The notes beneath the pieces are model-generated. The model was given only the letters and a program-made list of their open reading frames with translations, ran no database searches and had not been told where the DNA came from. The position numbers were made by a program, and so were the translations under genes. Shown in pieces: positions 36,731-50,150 of a stretch of 64,000 bases of DNA (position 1 is its first letter; every line of letters begins with the position of its first letter). The stretch is taken from contig CM052816.1 in the NCBI GenBank assembly GCA_028534125.1, forward strand, positions 2,108,001-2,172,000, given 5' to 3'. The DNA comes from Lama glama (Eukaryota).

Positions 36731-38039
36731 TAGATGGGAAGGTTTTCAGACAGCGAGGAAGATGTCTCCCCTGTCTCTCAAAAGCTCATAAATCCTGAAC
36801 TAAAGGGAAGCATTTCCAGCAACAGGCATTTTGCATTCGAGGTCTCCTGGCATTTCCTGAGTGAAACCCTAAATAAAACCACTGCAACTTAAAGTTCTTT
36901 TATTTTTTTAGGCTGGCTTCTGTGTCAGGTCCACTAACAGGACTTTTAGGCTGGCCTTGACTCGTGAAGATGTATTTTGGAACATATCCTTTTCCCCCGT
37001 TGCAGATCTGCTTTGATAACCCTGTGGCTAAAATTCTGTCTCAGCTGTCTAGTGGTATGAGAGACGCATGCCCAAAATGCAGCGTGTGTGCTCTCTGGGT
37101 AAGGAGAGGCCTGAGTGACAAGGTCTCCAGCTGGGAGCATGAAGGAGCGGGGAGGCAGACAGAGCAGCTGGGGATGCAGATTGAGGTGGGCAGGCAAGAC
37201 AATGGCCTGTCCTGATAAGCACCTTTCCACAAAGGTCATCAGTCAGTCATGGGGATTCAGCCCAGACACCTTGCCTTTTGTGTAAGCTGAAGTTTCATTC
37301 TCTAAAGGGGCCAGTGGGATCTCTGAAAGGAAGGTTAAAAATCACTATGGCAATTAGCAAGGCAATCGAGGAAAAGAAATAGGTCTGTTGCCATCTGTAT
37401 CCAAATATTTGTTGACCCGTAGGTGAGGGTCCCCATTCTGTTTGCCTTTCTAGCTATGTTCCTGTGATATTAATCTTTGATATTAATGTCTCGGCACGAG
37501 GAGTGAAATCCGAAGTTTTGGGCTCCAGGTTCTAGGCGCTTTTCCAAAGTGGAGGAGAGAGAGCATCTCCAGAGCCTTATTAGTTCTTAAAGGCAAAGCT
37601 GAACAGGTATTTGTTCGCTGGACAAAATAGAGCCCACAACAAAAACCTTCTGATGTTCATACCTCTTCAGGCTGTGATACCATTTGTGATGTCTCTGCTT
37701 GTGGTCGTTTGGTCCTCTTCTGTGGCATGTGTTCTAGGAAGCAAATCGGCTGCTTCTTTAGACCTTGACCTGCGTTGGCAGGTATCTGGCAACCCACACG
37801 AAAGCCAACAAGACCCTGAGAAGGGAACCACTGAGAGCGAGTGCTGCTGTGTGCTGGACTTGACGCCGAAAAGTGATTTCATTGATGTTTGCTCAGGTCC
37901 ACGTTTGCTTGTCTTACAGGTCCAGCTCCCAGAGCTAGGTGACTTCTCACATTTGCTCATTTCACGGGCCACAGAGAACCAGAATTCATAGGCCTCCTGG
38001 ACAGGCTATTTTCCAGGACCGATGGGAATAAGACCAAAT

Positions 38040-38200
38040 GTCACTCACTCAGTGATTTTTATCATCAAAGTGCTTTCTAAATATGAACTAATTCTTCTCA
38101 TAAGAATCAGGTTAAGCATTGTTATCCCCGCCTTATCGAGGGGTGTGCCCAGATCTCATTATTCTGAAGATAGATTTTGAGTCCACAATCAGTGTACTTG
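38040..38200 (-). mobile_element. MIR fragment
   Basis: tcaaagtgctttctaaatatgaactaattcttctcataagaatcaggttaagcattgttatcccc. Confidence 0.5.
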
Positions 38201-38869
38201 GCATTAGACTCAATTGAAGATAAAAAGGCCTATTAGGTCCCCAGGATTGCCCCTCCCTCTCCGCCTGCCCACAACCAGAACAGGAAGCTCCCTGCAATCT
38301 GCTTTCTAGTGCTTTGGCCAGGCTTGGTTTAAATGTCCCAGGGGAACCCCCCTATAAGTCTAACCTTAGAGAAAGAATCTCCTTCTAAAAGCTGCTTTTG
38401 TGTTCTCAGTGCTGTGACCACCCCACCTCTGCCGAAAGGCTCTTGGAAGTGAGAGGAATATGGTTGGAAGTCTTTTTTCCTTTCTCTTTCAGGAGAATTA
38501 CAAATTCCAAGAGTCACATGTGTGTCTTTTCCTTTCATAGTAGATTTTTATATGCCTTTCTAGGCTGGCTAACAGACATGCAGGATTTTGAGTTACATTT
38601 GGGACATGAGCTCATGAAATTAGTATTAACTGCTTTAACCCGTGGGTGCTCGTGTTTATGGAATAAGCAAGTCATAATCGCTGACCACAGCCATTAAAAT
38701 CTGATGTGAGTCAACTCAGAGTACAAAGGCTTTCTATAAGCCCTCTTGAAGCAGAAATGATCACAATTTAATATAAAGAGAATAATGAATAAGGAGTGTG
38801 CCAGTGACCTTGAATATTAATATTGTTTCCTTTTCCTGTAAACAAACCGGGCTTTTTTTTTTTATTATT

Positions 38870-39085
38870 TTAGTGTGTAATTTGGCATAAACACTCCTTT
38901 TCACATAATTTCCCCAGGTGACTTTTGTCTCCTTGGCAATTTCCGGCTTTAATAAAGAAAACCTAATTAAGAAGGAGCTGTTGATTGGTTTGCTGGTGTA
39001 ATTAACACAGGTGATGCTAATGAGTTTCTGTGAAACCGATGGTTTATGGGAAAAATAAACAGACTGCTGTTGCATATGGCCCAAC
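38870..39085. promoter_or_regulatory. Candidate enhancer-like block with homeodomain/POU motifs
   Basis: GGCATAAA, CTAATTAA, TTGATTGG, GTAATTAA, ATGCTAATGAG (39014-39024) and GTTTATGG within unique sequence. Confidence 0.4.
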
Positions 39086-41289
39086 TGATACCTGCACTCT
39101 GGAAGAGAAGATGATTTCCTAGTCTCCTGTGAGTGGTTTGTGGGCATGGAAGAGGCAGATAAAATATTTCATAAGATTCATTAGTGGAACTGGATCAAAC
39201 TGGGAGCAGAAGTCTCAGAGTTAGGCGATATTAAAAAAAAATCTGATCGTGGTTGTTTTCATTAGATCTGTCCTTTTCCATGGGCCTGAAAGGGGCAGAT
39301 TTCTTTTGTCTGAGGTGTGTGTCTGGCGTTTATTGTAGGCATTTTAAGTTGGCAAAGCCCCCAGAAGACTTTCTAGGGACATTTTAATGTTCCTTCGCTC
39401 CGCCCTGACTTTGCCTATTATCTCATGAGGATGAGCTGACCAGAAGAGCACATGGAATTCTTGCAAAAATCCAGCTTCCTGAGAGCCTCCTTTCTTGGCC
39501 TACAACTGCTTCCTGAGGGGCTCTTGATATTTATGGTTTCAGTGGCATCCACGCTGGTCTGGCCCACTCAGAGCCACTTAGAAGAAGAGCTAATTTTCTT
39601 TCTGTTTTCTCTTTTTTGTTGGGCTGGGAGGGGAGGCGTGGACTTTGGTTCGGATTTCATTGAACAACAACAACTTTATAAGATGAACAGGATTCATGGC
39701 GTCAGGGCATATTTTCTCATTGTAAATTTTACTCAGAATTCTTGGCAGTTATTTTTGATAATTTGTAAATACCTGGCTCAGTTTCAAAATAGATTTTTAA
39801 CGTCATTGACATAAAAGACCCGTATATAATAAGACCTTTGATGTTTACGTAGTTTTTCTGGACCTCTTCCCTTTTTCATTGGTGGGTTCTTCCTCAAATC
39901 GGTTTTTGAAACGTGTTCTGTCTTTTTCATACTCACCTCATGTGTATCATCAGCTAGTTAATTCTTCCTCTCTCTTTTTATTCCCTCCTCCAAAAACGCC
40001 TTTTCTACGTTGTCTCCCGTCTATTGCTGTGCGACGGAAAAGCTGGAGACAGACTGTGTCTCGCAGTGCACCTCCAGGGACATCTTTTGAACTCTCATAA
40101 TTTGTATTTATTGCCACCCACTTTGTAAGTTCACAGTTTAATTTGCCAGCAGTGGCAGTGTTAGGCCGACACAGTAAAACAAGATAACGTTAAAATGTCA
40201 GGATGAGAGGGGGCATGAATGATGCATTACCCCTACCAGGACTTGCACTTGTCATTCCTTTCCACCAAAGTGATGTTAACTACCTTTTGAGAGCTTTATC
40301 TGACTGGTATTACTCAGAAATAGGATCATTAGTTCACTGTTCTGATTAGGAAGCCGCTATGCTTGATTAACTCTTCTTGGACTAGGATCTCAGTGGAAGC
40401 ATTAAATGAATCGCACTGACTTAGACATCTAGAACTAATTTATAATTATTTTTTGGCAATTATTGGTGGTTGTTGACACGTGTTTTTCCATGATGTGGTA
40501 CTTCACGGAGCTGAGTCAAACCTCCTGGAGGAAAGACATGCACGTTTGAGTTGTACTTGTCGTCCACGTTTCGGGGGAAGGCCTTCCAGATTTTTAAATA
40601 CTTTTCTCCCATGGGCAGATACTGAGCCATCATTCTTAAGACTATTGATGCACAGTTTGTTTACAAACCTTTTGAAATTTCTGAGTTTCAGAAATTGGCC
40701 CTTTTGGAGCTTTCTCAGAATCATTGTCCGGGGAAGCAACTAGGTGAATTCACGTTTATTCACGGTGGTGACTTCATGTCCGAGAAGCGTGGTTAACGTG
40801 TGTCTTGAGGAGGCTTCCGAAGTGAGAAATTTACGGCATTGGGACAGGAAACACCTCCTGCCTTTCTTGTTCCCCAAAACCACCTCACACCTTTCTCTCC
40901 CTACCTAAATTTTGCTTCCCAATCTTGCTGCTGCCTGAAATCCTAGCATATTGATTTTTTGGCTTCTGACCAAGTACGTAGCCCTCTTTCCCGTTCTAAA
41001 CACACACCCGACGCTTACACTTGTAGTGTAAGGGTCCTTCCAGAGCACGTTTTGATAGGAAAAGTACTGAAAAGCTGGGAGGTGGACACGAGTGTGGCAC
41101 TGAAGAGCAGCGTCATCCTAGAACAAGGATCTTGATGGTAGCGAGGACTTCATTCGGGTCTCGTAGAAAAGGTCTCCATTTTACAAGAAGGTACATTTTG
41201 ATTCTGGTTCAAATTCAAGAAAGAAAGTTGTATTTTAATGCAGCCTTTTTGAAATAAGAATGTTTCTCATTCTTGTATTTCCAAACAGA

Positions 41290-41400
41290 ATTAGACTGTA
41301 TGGAGCAGCCTGAGAAGGGGGCTGTGTGTCCCTGGCACCTCTGTGTGCACAGTGCCTAGTTCTTCTAGGCGCTCAATATGCATTTGTAAAATCGAGTGCG
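41290..41400 (+). mobile_element. L2 3' terminal fragment
   Basis: tagactgtatggagcagcctgagaaggggg...gcacagtgcctagttcttctaggcgctcaatatgcatttg. Confidence 0.6.
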
Positions 41401-42599
41401 CGGAGCTATCACTAGTGAGCCGTCCCCCCCGACCCCCTCCCCTCAAGCACTGCTCTCTAAATGTCTTATTTCCTGAAAGGGCCTTTTATCTGTGTAGATC
41501 CAGAAGCTTGGGTTGTTACTGCAGATACTGCTGATGGACCTGGGGTTGCCCTGAGTGTATTAACAGCGCCATCCCATTATGTTCCTTTATCATATACTTG
41601 ACATCTGCCCCAAGTTACTATCCTTCACTATCTGCTCAAGTCAGCCTCTGTTCTCTTTGGAGATTTTTAGGCATCTAAGCCTTGCAGTAGATAGAAATGA
41701 ACTGGCTTTCAGCTATTTGTATAAAAATGTGACCATGACTTTGCTCATCCAAGAAGATGAGTCAGACCTTGTTTTCATGGCCAAGCCAGGTACCCGTCCT
41801 GGAGGGGAACAAGCTTTACTGAGATGGAGGAAGCTAGATGTCAGTGTGAGAATTGAAAGAAGGATTTGATTTCAGGGTAATGATGGTAAAACCCTGAGAG
41901 GTACAGAAGAGAGAGTATGTGTTTGTTTTGAGTTTCTTGAGCTTATTAATCTCTGAAGAGTATAGTTTTTGTCAGGGTGAATCATAGTGAATTCCAGTTA
42001 ACTGGGATTTTTCTCCTCGAACCTCTTTTTTGGTGATTTTGCCCTATATTGCCCTATATTTCCCCGAGAACTGGTGCTGTCTGAGATTTCACTGTAGAGC
42101 TACTTTTGTAGAGAGGAGAAATGAAGGCAGAAAAAAGTAAGTGGTTTCCTATAAGCCCGTGTGAAAAGGAAGGAAGTCATCATCACATTGGAAAGACTTT
42201 TTTTCCCTCTCGTATGTCTGTGGAGGAACCTTTTGATCGATATGGGTGAGACTTGACCAAAATTAACTTTATTTTAGAACTGCTCTCATTTGGAAGTTCC
42301 CATCCTAAACCCTTTCTTAGAAGGGGGAGGTTGGGAATAGAGTTCTGAAAGAAAAGCCGCTTGGCCAAGAAAATATGAACATTTCCCCCCACGTGAAAGC
42401 TGGACATAGGAGGATGTGCTTTAGGGAGCCAACAGTGTGACTTCCCCCCAAAATCATTGTCGCAACTGAATTATGATCACGTTCCTAAATCTACCCCCTC
42501 TGCATTATTCAAGGTTTCCTGTGTCCTGCATTGTGCCGGATAGAGAACAAAATGAGACTCTCACCAATTTCGTCTACCTTTTTTGCTCCGAGCCAAGGC

Positions 42600-42725
42600 T
42601 TTGCAGCACCATTAGGATGTAGATTATCATATTTAAAACCTGTGATGACACCGTTGTACCCATCTGAATGATTAATCTGCTCATTAAAAGAGTGCCGATG
42701 GCCTAGTCTAATTGGAACATGGATC
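42600..42725. promoter_or_regulatory. Candidate enhancer-like block
   Basis: CATTAG, GATTA, TGATTAATC, CTCATTAAAA and CTAATTGG clustered in about 120 bp of unique sequence. Confidence 0.3.
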
Positions 42726-43399
42726 TTCTTAAAGGACGTTACAGGGTCGGGAATAGGAAATATTACTCATAACATAAAGTAGGGATTAATTATGCTACTA
42801 AATACTACTGTGTGAAATTTACATATGGGTCTGGTTAGAGACAAGGATTAGAAAAAGTGTAGCATCCCATTTTATAACTTTTATGTCAACTTTAAGACAG
42901 GTGGTGTGTTCCCACTTTAATCCCAAATCTTAAATCAACGTTTACAGAAGCTGTTATAAACTAAATGCCATGGAAGGCTTGGAGGTTGGGATAAACACAG
43001 AATTTGCATCTGTGAATCACTGATTTAACTGTATGGATTTTTAAAACAATCGCAAAGATCCAAAGCGGCAGAGCAATCTTTACTCTGTTAAACCTTAAAC
43101 CCTAACTAACTTCTGGATGATACTAATCTTCCTAGAGGAGAATGAGAGATGACTGGGGATCTTAAAGAAAAACATACAAATCCATTGGGCACAAGTTTAC
43201 AGGCTTTTTTTTTTTAATAACCTTTCTTTAAACAAATAACAGGTATAAAAGATGTAAGGGGATTGCTGTAGTTGCAAAATGAACTAGAGATTTGAAGCTC
43301 CGTTTCAGAGTCCTCTGCCACAGCTCTGGCTGCACAGTTTTTAAAAAATGCCTTGTAACATGGAGGTGATTCCAGAGTCTCTGGGTTGAAAAAAATCTT

Positions 43400-43520
43400 G
43401 AAGGTCTTTTATCGCATCCTCCTCATTTTAAGGCAAGGAAGCACAAAGCTTAACACAACTTGTGACAAGCCAGAGCTGAAAATCCAAGTTTGTGACTCAC
43501 AGTCCCGGGCTATTTTTGGT
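43400..43520 (-). mobile_element. MIR fragment
   Basis: cctcattttaaggcaaggaagcacaaagc...gccagagctgaaatccaagtttgtgactc. Confidence 0.5.
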
Positions 43521-44039
43521 AAACAACAAGGCATCTCTAGTCTGGTTACAAAGTATCTTGACACACTGCGTTGTTTGTTTGACGTGTCAAGTCTTAAGAT
43601 ATCTCTGTTTACTGGAGTCAGTCTGTTTGACAAATGTGAAATATATTCTTACACGTCTTGAGGATTTGTTGCATATCTACTCCTTGGAAATTCATGTTCT
43701 TTTTTTCCTTGTAGGCAGATGTCATGTTGTGTGTGTAGTCAAAATGGAAAGTTGCCACTCCAGAGTAAACGCTCTACCACGCCCGCTGGTCCAGCCAAAA
43801 AAAGAAATGACAAGCAGGGTACTTGATTATCGGTGTGGGCCCCCACCTGCTTGAAGAACTGAAAGGATTGCACATCGGGTTGTAGGGTGCTGCTCAGCTT
43901 AGAGAACTTCCTTGGGCTTTGGCGACTGTGTGATGTTGATGCTTCTGGGACTGGGGAGGCCTTAGGTTGAGAATGCTGAGCTCCAAGGTACCCTCACAGG
44001 TTATCAGTTCAGCCCCTACGTGCCTCTGTCCCGTCGCAG

Positions 44040-44770
44040 CCATCTCCCGTGTTTGTTTTGCCCTCTCCATCCTACGGCACTTGTATGATGGGATTGAGTT
44101 CACCGTCATCTCTCACCTGGATTACTACCACAGCTTCCCAGCTACCTTGCGGCCTCTAGGCTTGACCCTCCCCCATCTGCACACCTACACATGCATCTCC
44201 ATCCCACACACCTGCTGGAAGCACCTCTCTGAAACCCTTTCGACATCACTCTCTTGCTTAAAGCTGGCCATCACTGGGATAGCCTGGCTCCTCATTGTCC
44301 CAGAGATAAACGTCCGGGCTTTTTAGCCCTGCATCCAGGGTCCCTCCTGGTCTCATTTCTCCCTGCTCTTCTCCTTATGCTGGGCTACTTTGGGCTGACA
44401 CAGACTCGCCGTGCAACGCGAGGTGACTTTTGTCTTGACTCCTGTTTTCTTCCCTTCTTGGCTTTCTCCTTGCCTCAGCTTTCGTCTGGCTGTCTTTGAC
44501 TTAACCACAGAATTCAATCCAGCATTAGCTGCTCAAAGGAGCCTTGTCGGACCCACTGATTTAGGATCCAGTGTGTGCCCCACCCTCTCTCTGAGCACTC
44601 TTCTCACCAAGTGGTGATGTCTTACCATACAGCCTCCCCCCACCCCCCCCGCCACTGAGCTTCGTGAAGGCGGGGAACCTGTATTGTTGTTCATTGCATT
44701 CCTATTTCTAAGTAATGTGTCTGGTTCAGAGGAGGAAATCAATAAACACTGAAGGAAGGAAAGAAAGTAA
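44040..44770 (+). mobile_element. L2 LINE 3' region
   Basis: catctctcacctggattactaccacagcttcc...catcactctcttgcttaaag...gagcttcgtgaaggcggggaacctgtattgttgttcattgcattcc...caataaacactgaaggaagga. Confidence 0.75.
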
Positions 44771-45769
44771 GGAACCCTGAGAAGAATTTTCGGTCTTGTA
44801 AGTTGTGCAGAGGAAAATGTTCTGATGATCTTCAGTTACCAATTCCATCATATACTGTCTTCATTAATAGCAGGATAGTGTCTTTTTATATCAGGATTTA
44901 ATGTCTGGGTTCAATATCTTTGTTTTGTTTTGTTTTTAACAAAACAGAGTTACCCGGGTACACTAGGAATCAGTTGACCACCACTGTCTCCAGCAGCACC
45001 CTTAAAAACACTGGTTCTCCGGGGTTGTTCATTGGTGATTTCACTTCTTCGTAACACGTGTTGCATGTAGGCAGAACCCTGTAATCTAAAGAAGAGGCTG
45101 GAGAGTTGTTTTTCAGTTGGAGAGAAAAGCCTCTGTCATGGATTTTGGACTTTTCCTGAGTTGTGGCTTGTCTTGGAGGTCAGTTCTAAAGATATTCTTG
45201 CTGTAATCTGATGTAAGAGATGAACGTTTCAAAGAAGGCTGTATTGTCATTCTGTGAAAGTTAACAGCAAGGTATCATTGCAAATCTGTTGGAAAATGTT
45301 TGTTTTCTGCGGTCAACCCCCAAACATTTTTAAGACTCAGAAGTGGTGTGCCGAGAACTTTTCTTTACAAATTCAAATCTGGTGGAATACCATAATTGTC
45401 CAGCGGTGGAACAGACATTTGAGCATAATCTTCTTCAGCGAATATCATTCATTCCTGGACCTCCACAGTCTGCAAGTGAAAATACAAACTGTAGGCCACC
45501 AAGAAGTTAAAGAGACACATTATTATAGTCAGACCTTTTTGACCAGAATGCCAGGGAAATGGAGCAGTTTGTGAAATTTTTCCAGCCTTGCTGGTAGAAA
45601 AGCATTTCTTTGTCTTCCTTGGTAAATGCTGGGCTGGCTATGGGGATGGGGTGTGGGAGGCCCAGGGAGCTGGGCTAGATGGACACCAATGGTTTGTGTC
45701 CCCAACTTGTTTTCCTACATCATGGAATTGTGGGCCTTTTGAGTCAGTGGGGAACTCACCCACAACCTG

Positions 45770-45890
45770 ATAAAAACCTTCTCCTTAAAGACGTGGAGAT
45801 GGAGGTCGCAGAGATGAACCAACTGCCCAAAGTCCCAGAGCTGGGTGGTCCCACAGGTGGGATTTAGACCTAGTCCTCCAACCAATTCAT
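45770..45890 (-). mobile_element. MIR fragment hosting the young L1 insertion
   Basis: ggaggtcgcagagatgaaccaactgcccaaagtcccagagctggg...gggatttagacctagtc. Confidence 0.65.
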
Positions 45891-45895
45891 TGTTC

Positions 45896-45984
45896 TTTTT
45901 TTTTTTTTTTAAATTGAAATATAGTCAGTTACAATGTGTCAGTTGTGTCAGTTTCTGGTGTGCAGCACAATGTCCCAATCATGC

Positions 45985-46025
<41 letters not shown>

Positions 46026-46191
46026 TATTCATTTTCATATTCTTTTTCATTAAAGGCTATTATAAGATATTGAATAGAATTCCACTGTGCTATACAGAAG
46101 AAATTTGTTTTGTCTATTTTTATATGTAGTGGTTATCACTTGCAAATCTCAAACTCCCAAATTTATCCCTTCCCACCCTCTTCCTCCTTCT
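45896..46191 (-). mobile_element. Young 5'-truncated L1 3' end (camelid-type) with 15-bp TSD
   Basis: Poly-T followed by aaattgaaatatagtcagttacaatgtgtc...gtgctatacagaagaaat...caaactcccaaatttatcccttcccacc. TSD aattcattgttcttt (45884-45898) and aatttactgttcttt (46192-46206). Confidence 0.85.
45985..46024. repeat. Compound (AT)10(AC)10 microsatellite inside L1
   Basis: Read directly. Confidence 0.95.
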
Positions 46192-46759
46192 AATTTACTG
46201 TTCTTTACCCTTCAGTGTGAGACTCTACGTGAGCTTTCAAAAGTGCTTTTTTTTCTCCCCCTGATTATAAGCTCAGTGCAGAAAGCAGTGCTAGTTAACT
46301 GAGGGGAATGAATAGGATGTGATATGTCGTAGTCTGATAAAGTAATACTTTGCCGCAGTGACGCTCTGGTTTATAGCGCTGAAATCTTCCATGATTCTGT
46401 GTATTCATAACAAAACATTTTCCCAGGGAGTGTGCAGACTCAAAGTTGCAGACTGGCAGCTGTAACCGTATTTGGTTTGGGGAAGCATTTTGTCTGGGTG
46501 GTGCTTTTAGATGGGGTGTATGGTCTGGGGGTTGCCCTAGTCCCCACTGCTCCCAGCAGCTTCCCTCCTTTAGATTACTGGCCTGGTCTCAGAGTCTTTT
46601 GAACCAGGAGCTCTGAGTTTAGTGTGATTGTTTTGTTTAGGGTGTACAGTAAGGTAAGCTGGAGATGCCCCCCCCTTTTTTTTCTCAACACATCTGGGAA
46701 GGGGGCTCCATTTATGGGATGGGCTGGTTGTTGACAATGTTGTTTACACATTTGGAAGC

Positions 46760-46990
46760 ATACCGCCCCTCAAGCTGCCACTGGCTTTATCAAGTCATTT
46801 AAACCAAGTCCCGTGCTGCCATCAACATTAGTCCAAATCTGTCACAATTGGCAGCCTTCAGCATTTGTATGAAAAGATGGTTAATCGGTCTGTGCATCAG
46901 CACAGATGCGAGGCATAAGCAAATACGATTAGTGCATTTGTGCCACTAACTACTCAGGTTTATACAAAAGTTATCAAGGTGTCAAGGTTT
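46760..46990. promoter_or_regulatory. Candidate enhancer-like block
   Basis: Unique sequence with CTGTCA, CAATTGGCA (NFI half-site), GTTAATC, GATTAG, GTTTATA and GGTGTCAA (T-box/MEIS-like). Confidence 0.3.
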
Positions 46991-47199
46991 CCTGTTTTAT
47001 CTAGAAAAAGACTTTCTAGAATTTAGAATTTTCATTTTTCTCTTTTCTTAAAAATGTCTTCTCTCTTTCTTTCTCTCTCTTCCCTCCTCTCTCTCCTGGA
47101 AACTTAGATAAAAAATAATTATTTTTTAGACAGAAATGACTTCCACACATGGTAGTCTTACTGGATGGTGAGTGTAAGCGTGTCATTTATCTCTTGCTT

Positions 47200-47960
47200 C
47201 TAAAATGATTAAAAAAATTTTTTTCAATTGAATAACATTTGCTGTTTGTAAAAATTTTGAGAGGATACAGACAAGTAAACAAAAATTATTTTTTATCCAA
47301 AGACGTGTTAAAATCTCTTTGAACAGTTTCTGCAGTTTGTTTCAGAATATTTCCTATGTATTTGTAAAATTGAATTACATATACTGTTTTGCATCTTGCT
47401 CTTTCTGTTTAATACAGTGTGACATGGTGAATGTTTTAACGTAGCTCACAATTTAAAAAAATAATTGCATAGCATTACCTCCTATGGCTATAACTTATCT
47501 AACCACCCACCTTTGGTGGAATATTTAGGTTGTTTTCAGTTTTTTATGATTGTTACAATGGAGCCACCTCGTATATAAATCTTTAGGTTGCAAGCTGATT
47601 GTTTTCTTTAGGTTAAATTCCTTGAAGTATAATCTTTGAATGAAAGGCTATGAATATTTTTATATTGCTAAGTTGCCCTCCAGAAAGACAAACTTATTTA
47701 CACTATCACCACCATTTTAAGATATTTCACTTTATAGGCAACCTCAACAGACCTCTCTCACTTACAAGCCTTTGCCAACTCAGTAAGTTGAAATATGTTA
47801 TTTACTCCTATTTCAATTTGCATTTTGTACGTATTGCTAAGGTTGACTATTTTCCTTTGCATTTTTTGGTCATTTATATTTTTTTTTTGTGAATTGACTA
47901 TTCATTTTCTTTCTTTTTCTCTTTTTTTCTCATGGTATTTTTTACTTAGGTTTCAAACAA
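47200..47960 (-). mobile_element. Old L1M fragment
   Basis: tatctaaccacccacctttggtggaatatttaggttgttttcagttttt...aggttaaattccttgaagt...ttgctaagttgccctccagaaag...ttcaatttgcattt. Confidence 0.75.
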
Positions 47961-47999
47961 TGGAACATTTATTTTTCACAGGAATTCAAGAATAGCGAT

Positions 48000-48345
48000 A
48001 GTCATCTGAAGGCTTGACTGGGGCTGGGGGATCTGCTTCCAAGATGACACACTCACAAGGCTCTTGGCGGGAGGCCTCAGTTTCTTACTATATGCGTTTT
48101 CTAGGACTGCTTGAGTGTCCTCATGCCATGGCCACTGGCTTCCCCAGACCAGAGAAGGAGGAAACAGGAAACTGTAATGCCTTTAATGACCTTGTCTTGG
48201 AAGTCATACCCTGCGCTTTTATCATACTCTGTTTCTTAGAAACAAATCACTGAGTTCGGCCCACATTCAACGGAGAGGAACTGAGTCCCATCTCTTGAAG
48301 CAGCACCTCTTAAAGAATGTGTGGACATGTTTTTAAGCCACCAGA
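48000..48345 (-). mobile_element. MaLR LTR (MLT1F/G-like) nested in L1M
   Basis: catctgaaggcttgactggggctgggggatctgcttccaagatg...ggaggcctcagtttctt...gactgcttgagtgtcctcatgccatgg...aaagaatgtgtggacatgtttttaagccacca. Confidence 0.8.
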
Positions 48346-48349
48346 GCCT

Positions 48350-49050
48350 AGCTTTTTTTGTTTTAAATTTTTTGCAATGTTTCTTTTAAATATTTTCCTC
48401 TGATTTGTTATTGGTCCTTTTCTTTTTTTTTTTTTCACATTGAGAGATTTAAAATTGTGATGTGCTTAATTCTAGTGATTGTTGCCTTATCAAAATCTTA
48501 AAATTGTTCTGTGCTGGTTGGCAAATAGCTGCTGCTCTGAGCATTCCATCCCTTCTTTCCCCCTCAATTCAGGCCCTTCTTTATCAATTAAAGGGTCTCT
48601 TCTGGCACATGGAAGAGGCTGGGTGTGATGCCTCTGGTACCAATGCAGGTGTTAGTCCTGCTCTGTTGAGCGTCAACCCTAACTAAGGACATCTGGGCAC
48701 ATGGCTGCTTATTCTGTTCCATTGGTTGGTCTGTTAAGTCTGATTTCATTACCACACAGTTTTAATGTCTACAGCTCTACAGTATGTTTTAATATTATAA
48801 TCCTCTTCTATTTTCATAGCTATAACTGCTTATTTATTCTTGTATATAACTACAGGATCATTGTTTAGGCTAAACTAATTCCTTTAAGATATTGAGCAAA
48901 ATTTTATTAAAGTCTAGGGAAGTTGACATCTACACTATATTGCGTTTTCCTACCTTGAATAAATATATATACCATTTATTCTCATTTTTACTAGCTTTAG
49001 AATTTTTCTTTGTATTTTTGGTTGAGCTTATTTCTGTTTATTTTAACTTT
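48350..49050 (-). mobile_element. Old L1M fragment (continuation)
   Basis: tattctgttccattggttggtctg...accacacagttttaat; ctagggaagttgacatctacactatattg...ataccatttattc. Confidence 0.55.
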
Positions 49051-49559
49051 TTTTTTTTTTTTTTTTGCTTTTGGGGATAGCATTTTCTGAAATAATAGGC
49101 AAAATGGTTTTTACAGTTTTTTTTTAGTGTCCATATATGTTCATTGTTTGGGGGTTCTTTAAGATAGCCGTTTCCCAAGTTTTAGAAAATGAAAATTTGT
49201 TCAAGTCCTCCAAACACCTTCTTCTTCCCCTGGAATTGTTTAATTACCTCGATAGGATTCACAGAGATTCTGGTCACTGACATTGTATGAACAACCCGTT
49301 CAGAATGACTGCAGGGCAGCTTGAGTGACGTGGGCATTACTGTTGACATCCCAAATGCCAGCCTTTGGGTTTCCTGATTGTATCTGAATGTTTCTGCTTG
49401 AAATGACTGCTGGTTTCAGATGCGAATGGCACATGGCTTTGAACCTGGGGAGGGCTGGTAAGTTTTGAATGGTATGATCTGAAAACAGCATTTCTGGTTT
49501 TCTATGATCCTCTCATCTGGATTTGAAGCCTGTTCCAGGGACTACGGGTCCTTACCCCC

Positions 49560-50150
49560 TCAGTGTTATAAAAATGACTGGGTGACTGTCCGCAAAGCGA
49601 TAAACCAGTGGGATGTGTGTATTAACCTGTCCGTGGGGGGAAAATGCTGAGAGCAACAGGCCTGTAATTTCGGTGATAGCGTTAGTCTGTGGAAAACATG
49701 CCGCTTTTGCCTTGATGCTAATCAGGAAACCATCAGACAGTCTTCCCTCACTGAGCAAGGGCAGGACGGGAAGGAAGTCAGCTGTCATCATGTTTTTGAA
49801 GAAGAAAAAAATGAGAGGTGAACTGAACTCTGTGATGAGAACCTCACTCTAAAGCCGCTTCCTGAATTTAAAGGTGTGGTAGTCCAATCACACAAATTGG
49901 AGGCATCTGATTTGCATGGATTAACAGGAGTGGGTCACAACCTCCCGACGGGTCAATGGCACCACTGGGGATTTGAAGAAAACTTTGATTCTTCCTCTTT
50001 TCCCCCTCTGCCATGAAGCAATCATGCTGTTCTATTGTAAAAGAGGATCCCTTACTTATAAAGCGGAGCTGGTCATTTAAATTCACCCAAGTTAGGACAC
50101 CACGGAGCTCTGTCAGATGTCACTCTCAATACAGCAGGAGAATGTTTTTC
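49560..50150. promoter_or_regulatory. Candidate enhancer-like block
   Basis: About 600 bp with no recognisable repeat, containing GTTATAAAA, GATAA, ATGCTAATC (49715-49723), CTGTCA (twice), CCAATCA, ATTTGCAT octamer (~49910-49917), GGATTA and CTATTGT (SOX-like). Confidence 0.4.
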
